Of a stretch of DNA of 64,000 nucleotides, positions 14,130 to 25,464 are shown piece by piece. Source of the stretch: Anaeramoeba ignava BMAN (taxonomy: Eukaryota > Protista > Anaeramoebae); assembly GCA_028826165.1 (NCBI GenBank), contig JAPDFW010000081.1, forward strand, positions 682,001-746,000, written 5' to 3'. Below the pieces are notes generated by a model. It made no database searches. It saw nothing but the letters and a program-made list of their open reading frames with translations, and was not told the origin of the DNA. Made by a program: the position numbers and the translations under genes. Position 1 is the first letter of the stretch. Each line of letters begins with the position of its first letter.

Positions 14130-17100
14130 TTTAATATTTATTTATATTTTATTTATATTTATATTTTATGTTTATAATTTTATTATTTAATATTTCCAAA
14201 TTAAATATTAATTAATTAATTATTTAAATATTTTTTTTGATTAATTTAATTAATAAATATTTTATTATTTTATTATTTTATTTATAATAATTTAATATTA
14301 ATTTACAAATTAAATATTAATTATTATTTAAATTTTTGATTATTTTATTTTGATTATTTTTAATTTTATTAATATTTAATTATTAAATTAAATATTAATT
14401 AATTATTATTAAATAATTTTTTTGATTAAATTATTAATTAAATATTTTGATTTAATTTTATTTCATTTTTATTTTAATTAATATTTAATTTATTATTTAT
14501 TTATATTTTTATTTATATTTATAATTTTATATTAATTTCTAAAATTAAATATTAATTAATTATTATTAAATATTTTGATTAAATTATTAATTAAATATTT
14601 TAATTAATTTTTATTTCCATTATTTAATTAATATTTATTTATATTTTTTATATTTATAATTTATATTTTATTTTATAATTTAATTAATTTTTAATATTTT
14701 GATTAAATTAAATTAAATATTTTAATTAATTTATTATTAAATATTTTGATTAAGTTATTTACAAATTTCATTATTTCATTTATTTAATTTAAATTATTAA
14801 TTAAATTTATTATTTATTTAATTAATATTTAATTTTATTTTTTATATTTTTTTATTTATAATTTTTTATATTAATTTCTAAATTAAATATTAATCAATTA
14901 TTATTAAATATTTTGATTAAATTAATTATTTAAAAATCATTTTTAAATTATTAATTAAATTTATTTTTTTATTTATATTTTATTTTTATTTTAATTTTTA
15001 TTAATTTTAAAATTAATAATTAATTTATTATTTATTTTTATATTTAAAATATTTATATTTTTATTTTTATATTAATTTAATTTAAATTAAATATTATTTA
15101 TTTTAATTTTATATTAATTTTAAATATTTTGATTAAATTATTAATTAAATATTTTAATCAATTTTATTTCATTATTTAATTAATATTTAATTTATTATTT
15201 ATTTATATTTTTATTTATATTTATAATTTTATATTAATTTCAAATTAAATATTATCAATTATTATTATTAAATATTTTGATTAAATTATTAATTAAATAT
15301 TTTTAATTAATTTTTATTTAATTAATATTTTAATATTTCTATTTTTCTAAATTTTATTTATATTTTTATTAAATATTTTGATTAAATTTTATAAATTATT
15401 TTAATTAAATTTAAATATTTAATTATTTATTTATTAAATATTTTTATTTTAAATTATTATTTTAAATATTTTAAATTAAATATTAATTAATTATTATTAA
15501 ATATTTTGATTAAATTAATTAATTAAATATTTTAATTTATTTCATTAATTAATAATTTAATTTATTATTTATTTTATTTTATTTATATTTTATATTTATA
15601 ATTTTATATTAATTTTAATTAATTATTTTAAATATTTTTATTAAAATTAATTAAATATTTTAATTAATTTTATTTATTATTTAAAATTTAATTTTTGATT
15701 AAATTAAATTATTTATAATTAAATAAATTTTAATCAATTATTATTAAATATTTTGATTAAATTATTAATTAAATATTTTATTATTTATTTTATTTAATAT
15801 TTATTTATTTATTTTTTATTTTATTTATATTTATAATTTTATATTAATTTCCAAATTAAATATTAATTAATTATTATTAAATATTTTGATTAAATTATTA
15901 ATTAAATATTTTTAAATAATTTTTATTTCATTATTTAATTAATAATTATATTTAATTTATTATTTATTTATATTTTATTTATATTTATAATTTTATATTA
16001 ATTTCTAAATTAAATATTAATTAATTATTATTAAATATTTTGATTAAATTATTAAAAATTAAATATTTTAATTATTTTTATTTATGGTAATTTATTATTT
16101 TATTAAATATTTTATTTTATATTTATAATTCCCCTTATTTAATTTCCAAATTAAATATTTATTAATTATTATTAATTTTATTTTGAAATATTTTGATTAA
16201 AATTATTAATTAAATATTTTAATTAATTTATTTATTTTGATTAAATTTTATTAATAATTAATTTTTATTATTTATTTATATTTTATTTATATTTATAATT
16301 TTATATTAATTTTATAAAATTAAATAATTAATTAATTATTATTAAATATTTTGATTAAATTATTAATTAAATATTTTAATTAATTTTATTTCATTATTTA
16401 ATTAATTTATTAATTTATTTATATTTATTTATATTTTTTTTATATTATTTATAAATTAAATATTAATTTTATTATTTAATATTTTAAATTATTAATTAAA
16501 TTTTTTATTTCATTATTTAATTAATTATTAATTTATTATTTATATTTTATTTATATTTATAATTTTATATTAATTTCCCTAAATTATTTATTTAATTTAT
16601 TATTAAATATTTTAATTTTCGGGAATTTATTTCATTATTTAATTAATAAATAATTTATTATTTTATATTTTATTTTATTTATATTTTATTTAATTTCCAA
16701 ATTAAATATTAATTTTATATTAATTTCCAAAATTTAAATTAAAATATTTTTTAAATTTATTTATTATTTATTATTAAATATTTTATATTTTTTTAATAAT
16801 TTTATATTAAATATTTTTAATTAATTATTAAATTTTTGATTAAAATTATTAAATATTTTAATTAATTTTATTTCATTATTTAATTAATTAATTTAGATTT
16901 ATTATTTTTTATATTTTATTTATATTTATAATTTTATATTAATTTCCAAATTAAATATTAATTAATTATTATTAAATATTTTGATTAAATTATTAATTAA
17001 ATATTTTGATTAATTTTATTTCATTATTTAATTAATATTTAATTTATTATTTATTTATAATTTTTATTTATAATTATAATTTTATATTAATTTCCAAATT

Positions 17101-17810
17101 AAATATTAATTAGTTTTGGTTAAATTATTATTAAATATTTTAATTTTTGATTAAAATTATTAATTATTTATTTTTATTTTAATTTTATTTCAAATTAAAT
17201 TTAATTAATTATTTATATTTTTAAATTATTATTTTAATCAATTTATTTCATTATTTTTTATTTATATTTATAATTTTATATTATAATTTTTTTTATTAAA
17301 AAATTAAATATTAATTAATTATTATTAAATATTTTGATTAAATTATTAATTAAATATTTTTAATCAATTTTATTTCATTATTTAATTAATAATTAATTTA
17401 TTTATTTATTTTATATTTTATTTTTTATATTTATAATTTTATATTAATATTTTTTAAAAATTAAATATTAATTTAGTTATTATTAAATATTTTGATTAAA
17501 TTATTAATTAAATATTTTTAATTATTTTTATTTCATTATTTAATTAATATTTAATTTATTATTTATTTATATTTTATTTATATTTATAATTTTATATTAA
17601 TTTCCAAATTAAATATTAATTAATTATTATTAAATATTTTGATTAAAATTAATTAAATATTTTAATTAATTTTATTTCATTATTTAATTAATAATTTGAT
17701 TTTATTATTTATTTTATATTTTTATTTATATTTATAATTTTATATTAATTTCTAAATTAAATTAAATATTAATTAATTATTATTAAATATTTTGATTAAA
17801 TTATTGAAAA
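14130..17810. repeat. Intergenic AT-rich satellite, unit ~146-148 bp, about 25 degenerate copies
   Basis: Anchor AATTTC(C/T)AAATTAAA recurs at 16941/17089 and 17599/17747 (148 bp spacing). Almost no G/C. Confidence 0.85.
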
Positions 17811-17971
17811 TCAAAAATCAAAAATTATTTGGATAATATTGGATTTAAAAAGAAATAAAAATCAAAAATTATTGGATAATAGAGAATTAATATTTTTATA
17901 AAAGAAAAATAAATTAAAATTTTTCATTTTTATTTTTATTTTTAATTATTTTTATTATTAATTAATTAATA

Positions 17972-18427
17972 ATGTCAAAACCATCAAAAAAATCAACAAT
18001 GCAACAAACTGCAGAAGAAGCAAAAGAATATTTATCACCAGATAAAAGTAAAAGTAAAAAAAAGAAAGGAACAAAACAAGGAGATAAACCAAAAAAGAAA
18101 GGAAAAGGAGTTTCAAGATCAATTAAAGCAGGATTAGAATTCCCAGTTGGAAGAATTCATAGACATTTAAGAGAAGGAAAATTTGCAAATAGAGTTGGAG
18201 CAGGAGCACCAGTTTATTTAGCAGCAGTTCTTGAATATTTAACAGCAGAAGTACTTGAATTAGCTGGAAATGCTGCTATTGATCATGGAAAACAAAGAGT
18301 TGTTCCAAGACATATTCATTTAGCAATTAAAAGTGATAGAGAATTAAATAAATTTTTAAATGGTGTTACTATTCATGGTGGTGGTATTATTCCAAGAGCT
18401 CTTCCTGTTTTACCAAAAAAGAAATAA
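17972..18427 (+). CDS. H2A: Histone H2A, divergent variant with long basic N-tail
   Basis: '[17 protein letters not shown]...[29 protein letters not shown]...PRHIHLAI'. Intronless. Confidence 0.96.
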   Translation: MSKPSKKSTMQQTAEEAKEYLSPDKSKSKKKKGTKQGDKPKKKGKGVSRSIKAGLEFPVGRIHRHLREGKFANRVGAGAPVYLAAVLEYLTAEVLELAGNAAIDHGKQRVVPRHIHLAIKSDRELNKFLNGVTIHGGGIIPRALPVLPKKK

Positions 18428-18599
18428 TTTCTTTCTTTTTTTTTAATTTTTTAATTTTAATTTCTTAATTTTAATTTCCAAAAAAACAAAAAAACAAAAA
18501 TTATTTAAATAAAAAAAAAAAAATTTTAATTTTAATTTTCTTTTTTTCATTTTTTTCCTTTTTTAATTAATTAATTTATTAATTTATATTTAATTAAAA

Positions 18600-19581
18600 A
18601 TGAATAATAATTTATTAAATAAATTTTCAATAAAAGAAATTGAAATTTTAATGTTATTTAAATTTTCAAAAATAATGGAAAAATTTTATAAAAATCAAAA
18701 TTTAAATAACTTTTATGATTTTACAATTTATTTAGAAAACAAAAATGAAAACAATCTAAAATCAATTAAATGTCATAAAGGAATATTAATGAATAGATCT
18801 TTTTTCTTTTTTTCACTTTTCAAACAAAATTCTGAAAAAAGAAAAATATTTTTAAAAGAATATGATTTTGAAGTTGTTAATTCAATTATTAATTATATTT
18901 ACTCTTCAAAAATAATTTTTACTTCTCAAAATTATCCTCAAATGCTTAAATTAGCAATTAATTTTAAATTAGATCTTTTGAAAATAAGAATTGAAAAAGA
19001 AATTGAAAAAGAAATCCAAAAAATATAATTTCAATTTATTCAAAAATTTATGAAATGGATTTACCTTTTATTAAATCAAAATGTGAAGAAATGATTCAAA
19101 AATCTATTTCAATAATAATTGATGATAAAAATGATAAACAAATTGAAAAATTAAATGAAAATGAATTAATTCAATTAATTAAAGTTTTAAAAACAAATCC
19201 AAATTTATTTCAAATTATTAAAAAATGGAGTTCAGAAAATATATCAAAAAACAAAGATAAATTATATCCAATTAATTTATTAATAAGAATTGAAAAAGAA
19301 ATTCAAAAAATATAATTTCAATTTATTCAAAAATTTATGAAATGGATTTACCTTTTATTAAATCAAAATGTGAAGAAATGATTCAAAAATCTATTTCAAT
19401 AATAATTAATGATGAAAATGATAAACAAATTGAAAAATTAAATGAAAATGAATTAATTCAATTAATTAAAGTTTTAAAATCAAATCCAAATTTATTTCAA
19501 ATTATTAAAAAATGGAGTTCAGAAAATATATCAAAAAACAAAGATAAATTATATCCAATTAATTTATTCAAAAATTTATGA
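18600..19581 (+). pseudogene. BTB(-BACK) protein, frameshifted, with an internal 287-bp tandem duplication
   Basis: BTB 'FYDFTIYL...IKCHKGILMNRSFFF...IINYIYS'. The BACK-like 'MDLPFIKSKCEEMI' segment occurs twice (19055 and 19342), each preceded by the same frameshift/stop. Confidence 0.7.
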
Positions 19582-19691
19582 AAATAAAAAATATAATTTG
19601 TTTTGTTTTGTTTTGTGTTTTGTGTTTTTAATTAACAAATTGATTAGAAAAAAAATAAAAAAGAAAAAAAAAGGAATTTGATCATTTTTGT

Positions 19692-22600
19692 TTAAAGAAT
19701 AAAAATAAATTGCTTGTCTGAACTTGGAATAATCCTTGTCAAAATACGAACATGAGTTAAACCTTCATATTGTTTTTTCAATTCTAATTCCATCGTTTCT
19801 TTTGAATAATCTTGAGCGAATTGTTGACATTTTTCAACTCGAGAAAGTTCAGGATCGAAAAAATAACAAAGAACATGAAAAAGCATAAGGAATTTCTTGT
19901 TGTAATTTGTAGAAAAAGATCTAGGAGATTCAACAGAAATGGGACTTTTAGGTTCATCATCCATTTTTGTCAAAGAATTTGGAGATGATTGGGAATCTTT
20001 TGGACTTCCTGAATTTTCCTTTCTTGAAACATTAAGAAATTCTTTGATTTTATCTTTTGTTTGCATTTTATCGTTTTTTGTTGTTTTTACGGCTTGTTTG
20101 TTTGTGTTTTCCTTTCTTTTGAAGTAAAGTTGTGTTGCTGTTTCAAGTGAATTTTGTATTTTTTCTTGCCAATCTTCGATTTCTTGTTGGTCTTTTAAAA
20201 AGCAACTTAGAATACCGAATTTTGTGAATAATTTGAAGCCTCGATAATCGGATTCGCCGGAAATTTTGGCATTTGATTCAATAAAAGTTTGGATCAAAGG
20301 GATGATTTTTTTGACTCTAACGGAATGACCCTTTCTTTTTGTGCAGAGAATAAGATAGTCGTTAAAAAGGAAGAGCAAGACCTTCATGAAGTTGACTTTT
20401 TTGTGCTGGAAGTTCTGGAGATGGGAGATTGCGCTGTGCAATGTTGATTGAATCTTTGCGGCGTTTTTAGAAGATTCAAGAATAGAGAGTCTTTCTCTTT
20501 TTTGCTGAACTGGGAGATCTTGTTTTGTGTTTAGACTGGATGAGCGTATCTTGAAGGGTCTTACAGCAACAAAGGATTGTGTTCGGGGTTTTGAGTGCGT
20601 TGGATTGAAGGGCTCTCGCATGCTTTCGAAGTGTGTACTATGGTGTAATTTCGGACCCAATTTTTGGAGCTCAGAATGGTTGATTATGGGCTGTTTTGGA
20701 TCGTCTTCTTTTTTCTTTTCTGGGAGGTTATTTATGTCCTCTTTTTGGAATAACAAGTGTTTTCCGTCTTGAGTCGTTGTGACATGAACAAGAATTTCAC
20801 CTTCTTTGATGAACACTCGATCCAATTGTGAAAAAAGATCGAAATTGGAGTTTCCTTCGAGTTTTTTCTGTATTTTCTCGAGATTCTCGATGATCTCCTT
20901 CTCGCGCTTTTTTTCGTTAACAAGCTTGACCTTCTGGTTCATCAACTCAAGTGCTTTTGCAACAAGTGGATAATCCTTATGATTTCTTGGGGTTCTTTTT
21001 GCAATATCGCCGTAGAGAAGCAAATAGTGGCCCATTCGCTGGATTGGCTGAATCAAAATGGATTCGAGATCTGCCTTCTGTCGCATACTGCGGCTCTTTG
21101 CCTCGAAAGCCTTGAGCAAATTGGAGAACGAACTGTTCTTTTTCCATTCCTTGATGTTCTGCATGGTTGTTTCGAAGCTTGTGTTGTACGGAATATACAT
21201 GTCGATTTTGGAAGTGAATGCACTGAGAATATCTCCCACACAAGTCTCCGAAGTGAATACTGCGAGACGATCTTGAAGAGGGACCTGGAGATACTTATTG
21301 CAATCGCGAAGAATTTCTTCGATATTTTGGAAAGTGGAAATGATTTCTTGTTCCTTGAATATTTTCTCTGCGCGCAATGGCGACAATAAATGGAGCACCA
21401 TATTATTCAGTGATTTTATGAAGTTTGCCTCGGTTTCTGCGAGCTGAGAGATGGTGAATCGTCTTGAGAATTCGGAACTGAGAATTTTTGTGCAAATTGA
21501 ATCAGGATGGTGCTTTTTCGCGAGCATATGAGGCTTCTCCAGATCAGGATAGGAAAGAAGATCGGCGCCGTTGCGCAGGAATAGATCTGCAATATCTTCG
21601 TTTCCCCACTCGGCCACGAGCTGAATGGGTGTTCTGTTGCTTGCGTTCTTGTAATTCATTGTTCTTGTCAAATTGTTCGCAAAATAATATTTTAGAAGTT
21701 CAACATCTTTTTTGCTGATTGCTTCTTCGATCGGAGTAACAATTCCCGGACGCGTCAAGAGAAAGTCTACGCAATCAAGATGGTCATTCATTTCCGCAAT
21801 GAGAATAGGGGAATATCCTGCGCTGTTTGGGGTATTTAGCTCTGAATTTTTTTCAACGAGCATTTTGCAACATTCGATGTTTCCTTTTAAACATGAAATG
21901 TGGATCGGAAGCTCACCCCGTTTGTTCTTTGTATTGACAAGCTCTAGGGTGGATTTGTGCTGGAATACAAGCCTGAATATCTCGCTGCTGACAAAGTGCA
22001 GAACGGTATCGCCGTCGTTATTTGTCTCCTTGAGGAACTGTGGTGCCTTGGAGAGGATTGCTTTGAAGATCTCCACTTTGTTTTCCATAGCCGCAACAAG
22101 AAGCGCTGTGTTTCCGTTCTCGTCGCGGATGTTGAGCTTGTCGAAGTGCCTGAGAATTGAGGCGATGCAATCGGGTGTTTGGAAGTCTGATTTGATGCAA
22201 AAATGAAGAAGCGGAGTTTTCTCGTCAATCGTGCGTTTCTTCGCTTTGTATCTGAGAAGAAGCCCGATGATCTCCCCGCAACGCGCCTCAATTGCGCAAT
22301 CAAGAGGCGTCTTCTTGTTTTTGTCGGACAGATTGGGCTTGGCTTTGTTCTCGAGAAGAAGCGCGACGATTTTTTCATTTTTCTGTTCAATTGCATGAAA
22401 AAGTGGAGTTCTGTTTTGTGTGTCTTTGATATTAATATTGATTTTGTATCTAAGTAGCAACTGCACAATCATCTCGTTGTCTGACTGAACAGCGAGAAAT
22501 AAAGCTGACATTCCGTTTGTGTTTTGCAGATCGGGATTTGACTTGTTTTTGAGAAGCATTTCAATTGCCGATGGATTTTGCATCTGTATAGCTGTCATTA

Positions 22601-24790
22601 AAGGAGTATTTCCTTCATGATTAAAAACATTTAAAACATTGCTTTTGACTGACAGCAAATTATTAACCAAAAAATTGTGTTTTGCTTCGATTACAAGATG
22701 AAGGGGGGTATTGCCATCATTATCTTGAACACACACATTTGCATGGTGTTTGAGCAGCAATTCAAGGACTAAAGGATTGCCTGATTTTGCACTGAGATGA
22801 AGCGCTGTTTGTCCATTTTGAGTAGGCGTATCAGGATCTGTTCCGCGACTCAGGAAACACTCCAGGATGCTTAAGTGTCCGTATATAACTGTGTAATCAA
22901 ATGCGCTGAATCCATCGCTATCCCGTGCGTTGATGTCTGCCCCTTTGCTTATCAGTAATTTTACAATGTCTTCTTCCCCGTTTCTTGAGGATAGTAAAAG
23001 TGCTGTGAAATTGTCTTTGTCTCGTGCTTCTGTGTTGGCTCCAAATTCTAGTAGTACTTCGCAGATGTGATAGAATCCTTTCATTGATGCCCAATGGAGT
23101 GGTGTTCTTCCTGTTTGGTCGGGTGCTATTTATTTATTTTCATTTTCAAAATGAATTTTATAAATGAATTTTAATTTTCATTTTATAAATGAATTTTAAT
23201 TTTAATTTTCATTTTAATTTTAATTTCCAAAATGAATTTTAATTTTAAATTTAATTTTAATTTTCATTTTAATTTTAATTTTAATTTTAATTTTAATTTT
23301 AATTTCCAAAATGAATTTTAATTTTAATTTTAATTTTAATTTTAATTTTAATTTTAATTTTTAATTTTAATTTTAATTTTAATTTTAATTTTAATTTTAA
23401 TTTTATTTTTAATTTTATTTTTATTTTTCATTTATATTTTAATTTTCATTTTAATTTTATAAATGAATTTTAATTTTAATTTTAATTTTAATTTTAATTT
23501 TAATTTTAATTTTAATTTTAATTTTAATTTTAATTTTATTTTTATTTTTATTTTAATTTTAATTTTAATTTTAATTTTATTTTTAATTTTATTTTTCATT
23601 TTCATTTTAATTTTGATTTTAATTTTGATTTTGATTTTAATTTTCATTTTATAAATGAATTTTAATTTTAATTTTATTTTTCATTTTAATTTCCAAAATG
23701 AATTTTAATTTTAATTTTGATTTTAATTTTCATTTTCATTTTCATTTTCATTTTAATTTTGATTTTAATTTTAATTTTATAAATGAATTTTATAAATGAA
23801 TTTTAATTTTAATTGAAAAATACCTTCTAAATTTTTTACAGATTGCTTCAAAATCTCGCGAATTTTAACAACATTTTCTTCACGAACAGCTTCATGAATT
23901 GAACTTTTCATCCCACGATTCATCAAAAGCTCACAAACCTTAGTTTGATTTGCATTCTGAGCCAATATCAAAGGGTCATGGTTATTGATATCTGTAATAG
24001 TTAAATCAGCACCTTTTTCAAGTAGAAACAAAATAGTTTTGTACCTTCCATGCAAACAAGCAAAATGAAGAGGTGTGCGGTGGTTCCCAGACAGATCATT
24101 CGGCGACGCACCCTTCTCAATAAGCATCTGCTCAAACTCCACTGCGCCATGTATAGCCGCAATATGAACTGGTTGGATCGAATCTTGTGAAGTTGTTGGT
24201 TTGAACAAAAGATCAGGCATTTGCTCAAGCATTAATACCCCAACATCAACTGCATTTGCTGCTGCTGCCCGATGGAATGGACTGTACTTATCTTCATCTG
24301 TCATTGTAATCATGGATTGATCAATTGAAAGTAGGAATTTTACCGACTTAACGGAGTTGAAGTTCGCAGCATAATGGAGTGTTGACCTGAAATTTTTTTT
24401 TAAAATAAAAACAATAAAAAGAATTGGATTAATCTTTAATTTGTTAAATTGTTTCTCCTCTTCTTTTTCTTATCGGTACCATTTCTGTTGATCTATTGCT
24501 CGGTGGTTAGATCCGTGATAAATCAAGTACTCAAGAATTTCGCATTGATCTTTTTCAGCTGCAAAATGTAAAATTGTTTGATTTTTATCATTTTTCAAAT
24601 TTGGATTTCCTTTTGATTCAATAAGAAATTCAACGATTTGTTTGTTTCCTTTTGAAACCGCAAGGAATAATGGATTATTCCCATTCTCATCAAATTTAGA
24701 TAATATTATTGCTTGATTTTCTATTGTTTCAAAAATTTGTTTAATTTTAGAAAAATCTTCTGTTTCAATTGCTTTGTTTAAATCTTCCAT
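19692..24790 (-). CDS. Ankyrin-repeat + DH + split-PH RhoGEF, 3 exons
   Basis: Many ankyrin repeats (GxTPLH). DH 'ISQLAETEANFIKSL...LIQPIQRMGHYLLL...VNEKKRE'. PH halves 'RVFIKEGEIL' and 'LFLFNDYLILCT'. Introns near 24387-24478 and 23127-23824 are phase-compatible. Confidence 0.92.
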
Positions 24791-25464
24791 CTTTACTTTA
24801 AAAATTTAATAAAAAAAAATTTTTTTTTAATATTTAGATAACAATATAAAATGAATCATAAATAAAGAAGAAAGAAAAATAATTTTCTTTTCCCTTTTTT
24901 ATTTATTCATTTATTTTAAATTTTTTATTTATTCTTTTATTTTAAATTTTTTATTTATTTTGATTAATTTTTTTGTTTTGGAATGTTTAATTTTAAATTA
25001 TAAATTATAATTGAAAAAGTTAATTAAATTTTAAATTGAAAATTTTTAATTAAAATTCCAAATCATTTTTAATTAAATGTGTGTTTTTTTTTTTGCTTTT
25101 AAATTTTTAATTTAAAATTAACTAATCATTTTCTTTTTAAAATTACCTTTTATTTTATTTTAATTTTTATTTATAAAATGAAAAAAAATAAAATCCAAAA
25201 AGTAAAAAAAAAAAAATTAAAAAGAAAAAAAAATAAAAATAAAATTTTTTTTAATTAAAAAATAAATAAGAATTTTTAATAAAGAAAAGAAAAGAAAAGA
25301 AAAGAATTCCAACATTCGTTATTTGAAAAAAAAGAGAAAAAAGGAAAGTTAAATTGGTTTATTTTATTAATTTCTTATTTAAATTGAGTTTTTTTTTTAT
25401 TGATCAAAAAGAAAAAGAAAAAAAAAATATAAGAAAAAAGAAAAAAAAGGAAAGCATAATAAAA

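Noticed and set aside
19939-22468. Numerous overlapping and antisense ORFs inside the RhoGEF exon
   Set aside because: Expected from the locally high GC (fewer stop codons); no recognisable motifs.
23432-23654. Low-complexity ORFs (IKIK, NFNF, ELNYIF, FISK, IYNF, NLIIIFL; also at 4244, 25751, 26132, 28636, 32027, 45287, 52979)
   Set aside because: They are translations of intronic tandem repeats lying between GT and AG sites of real genes.
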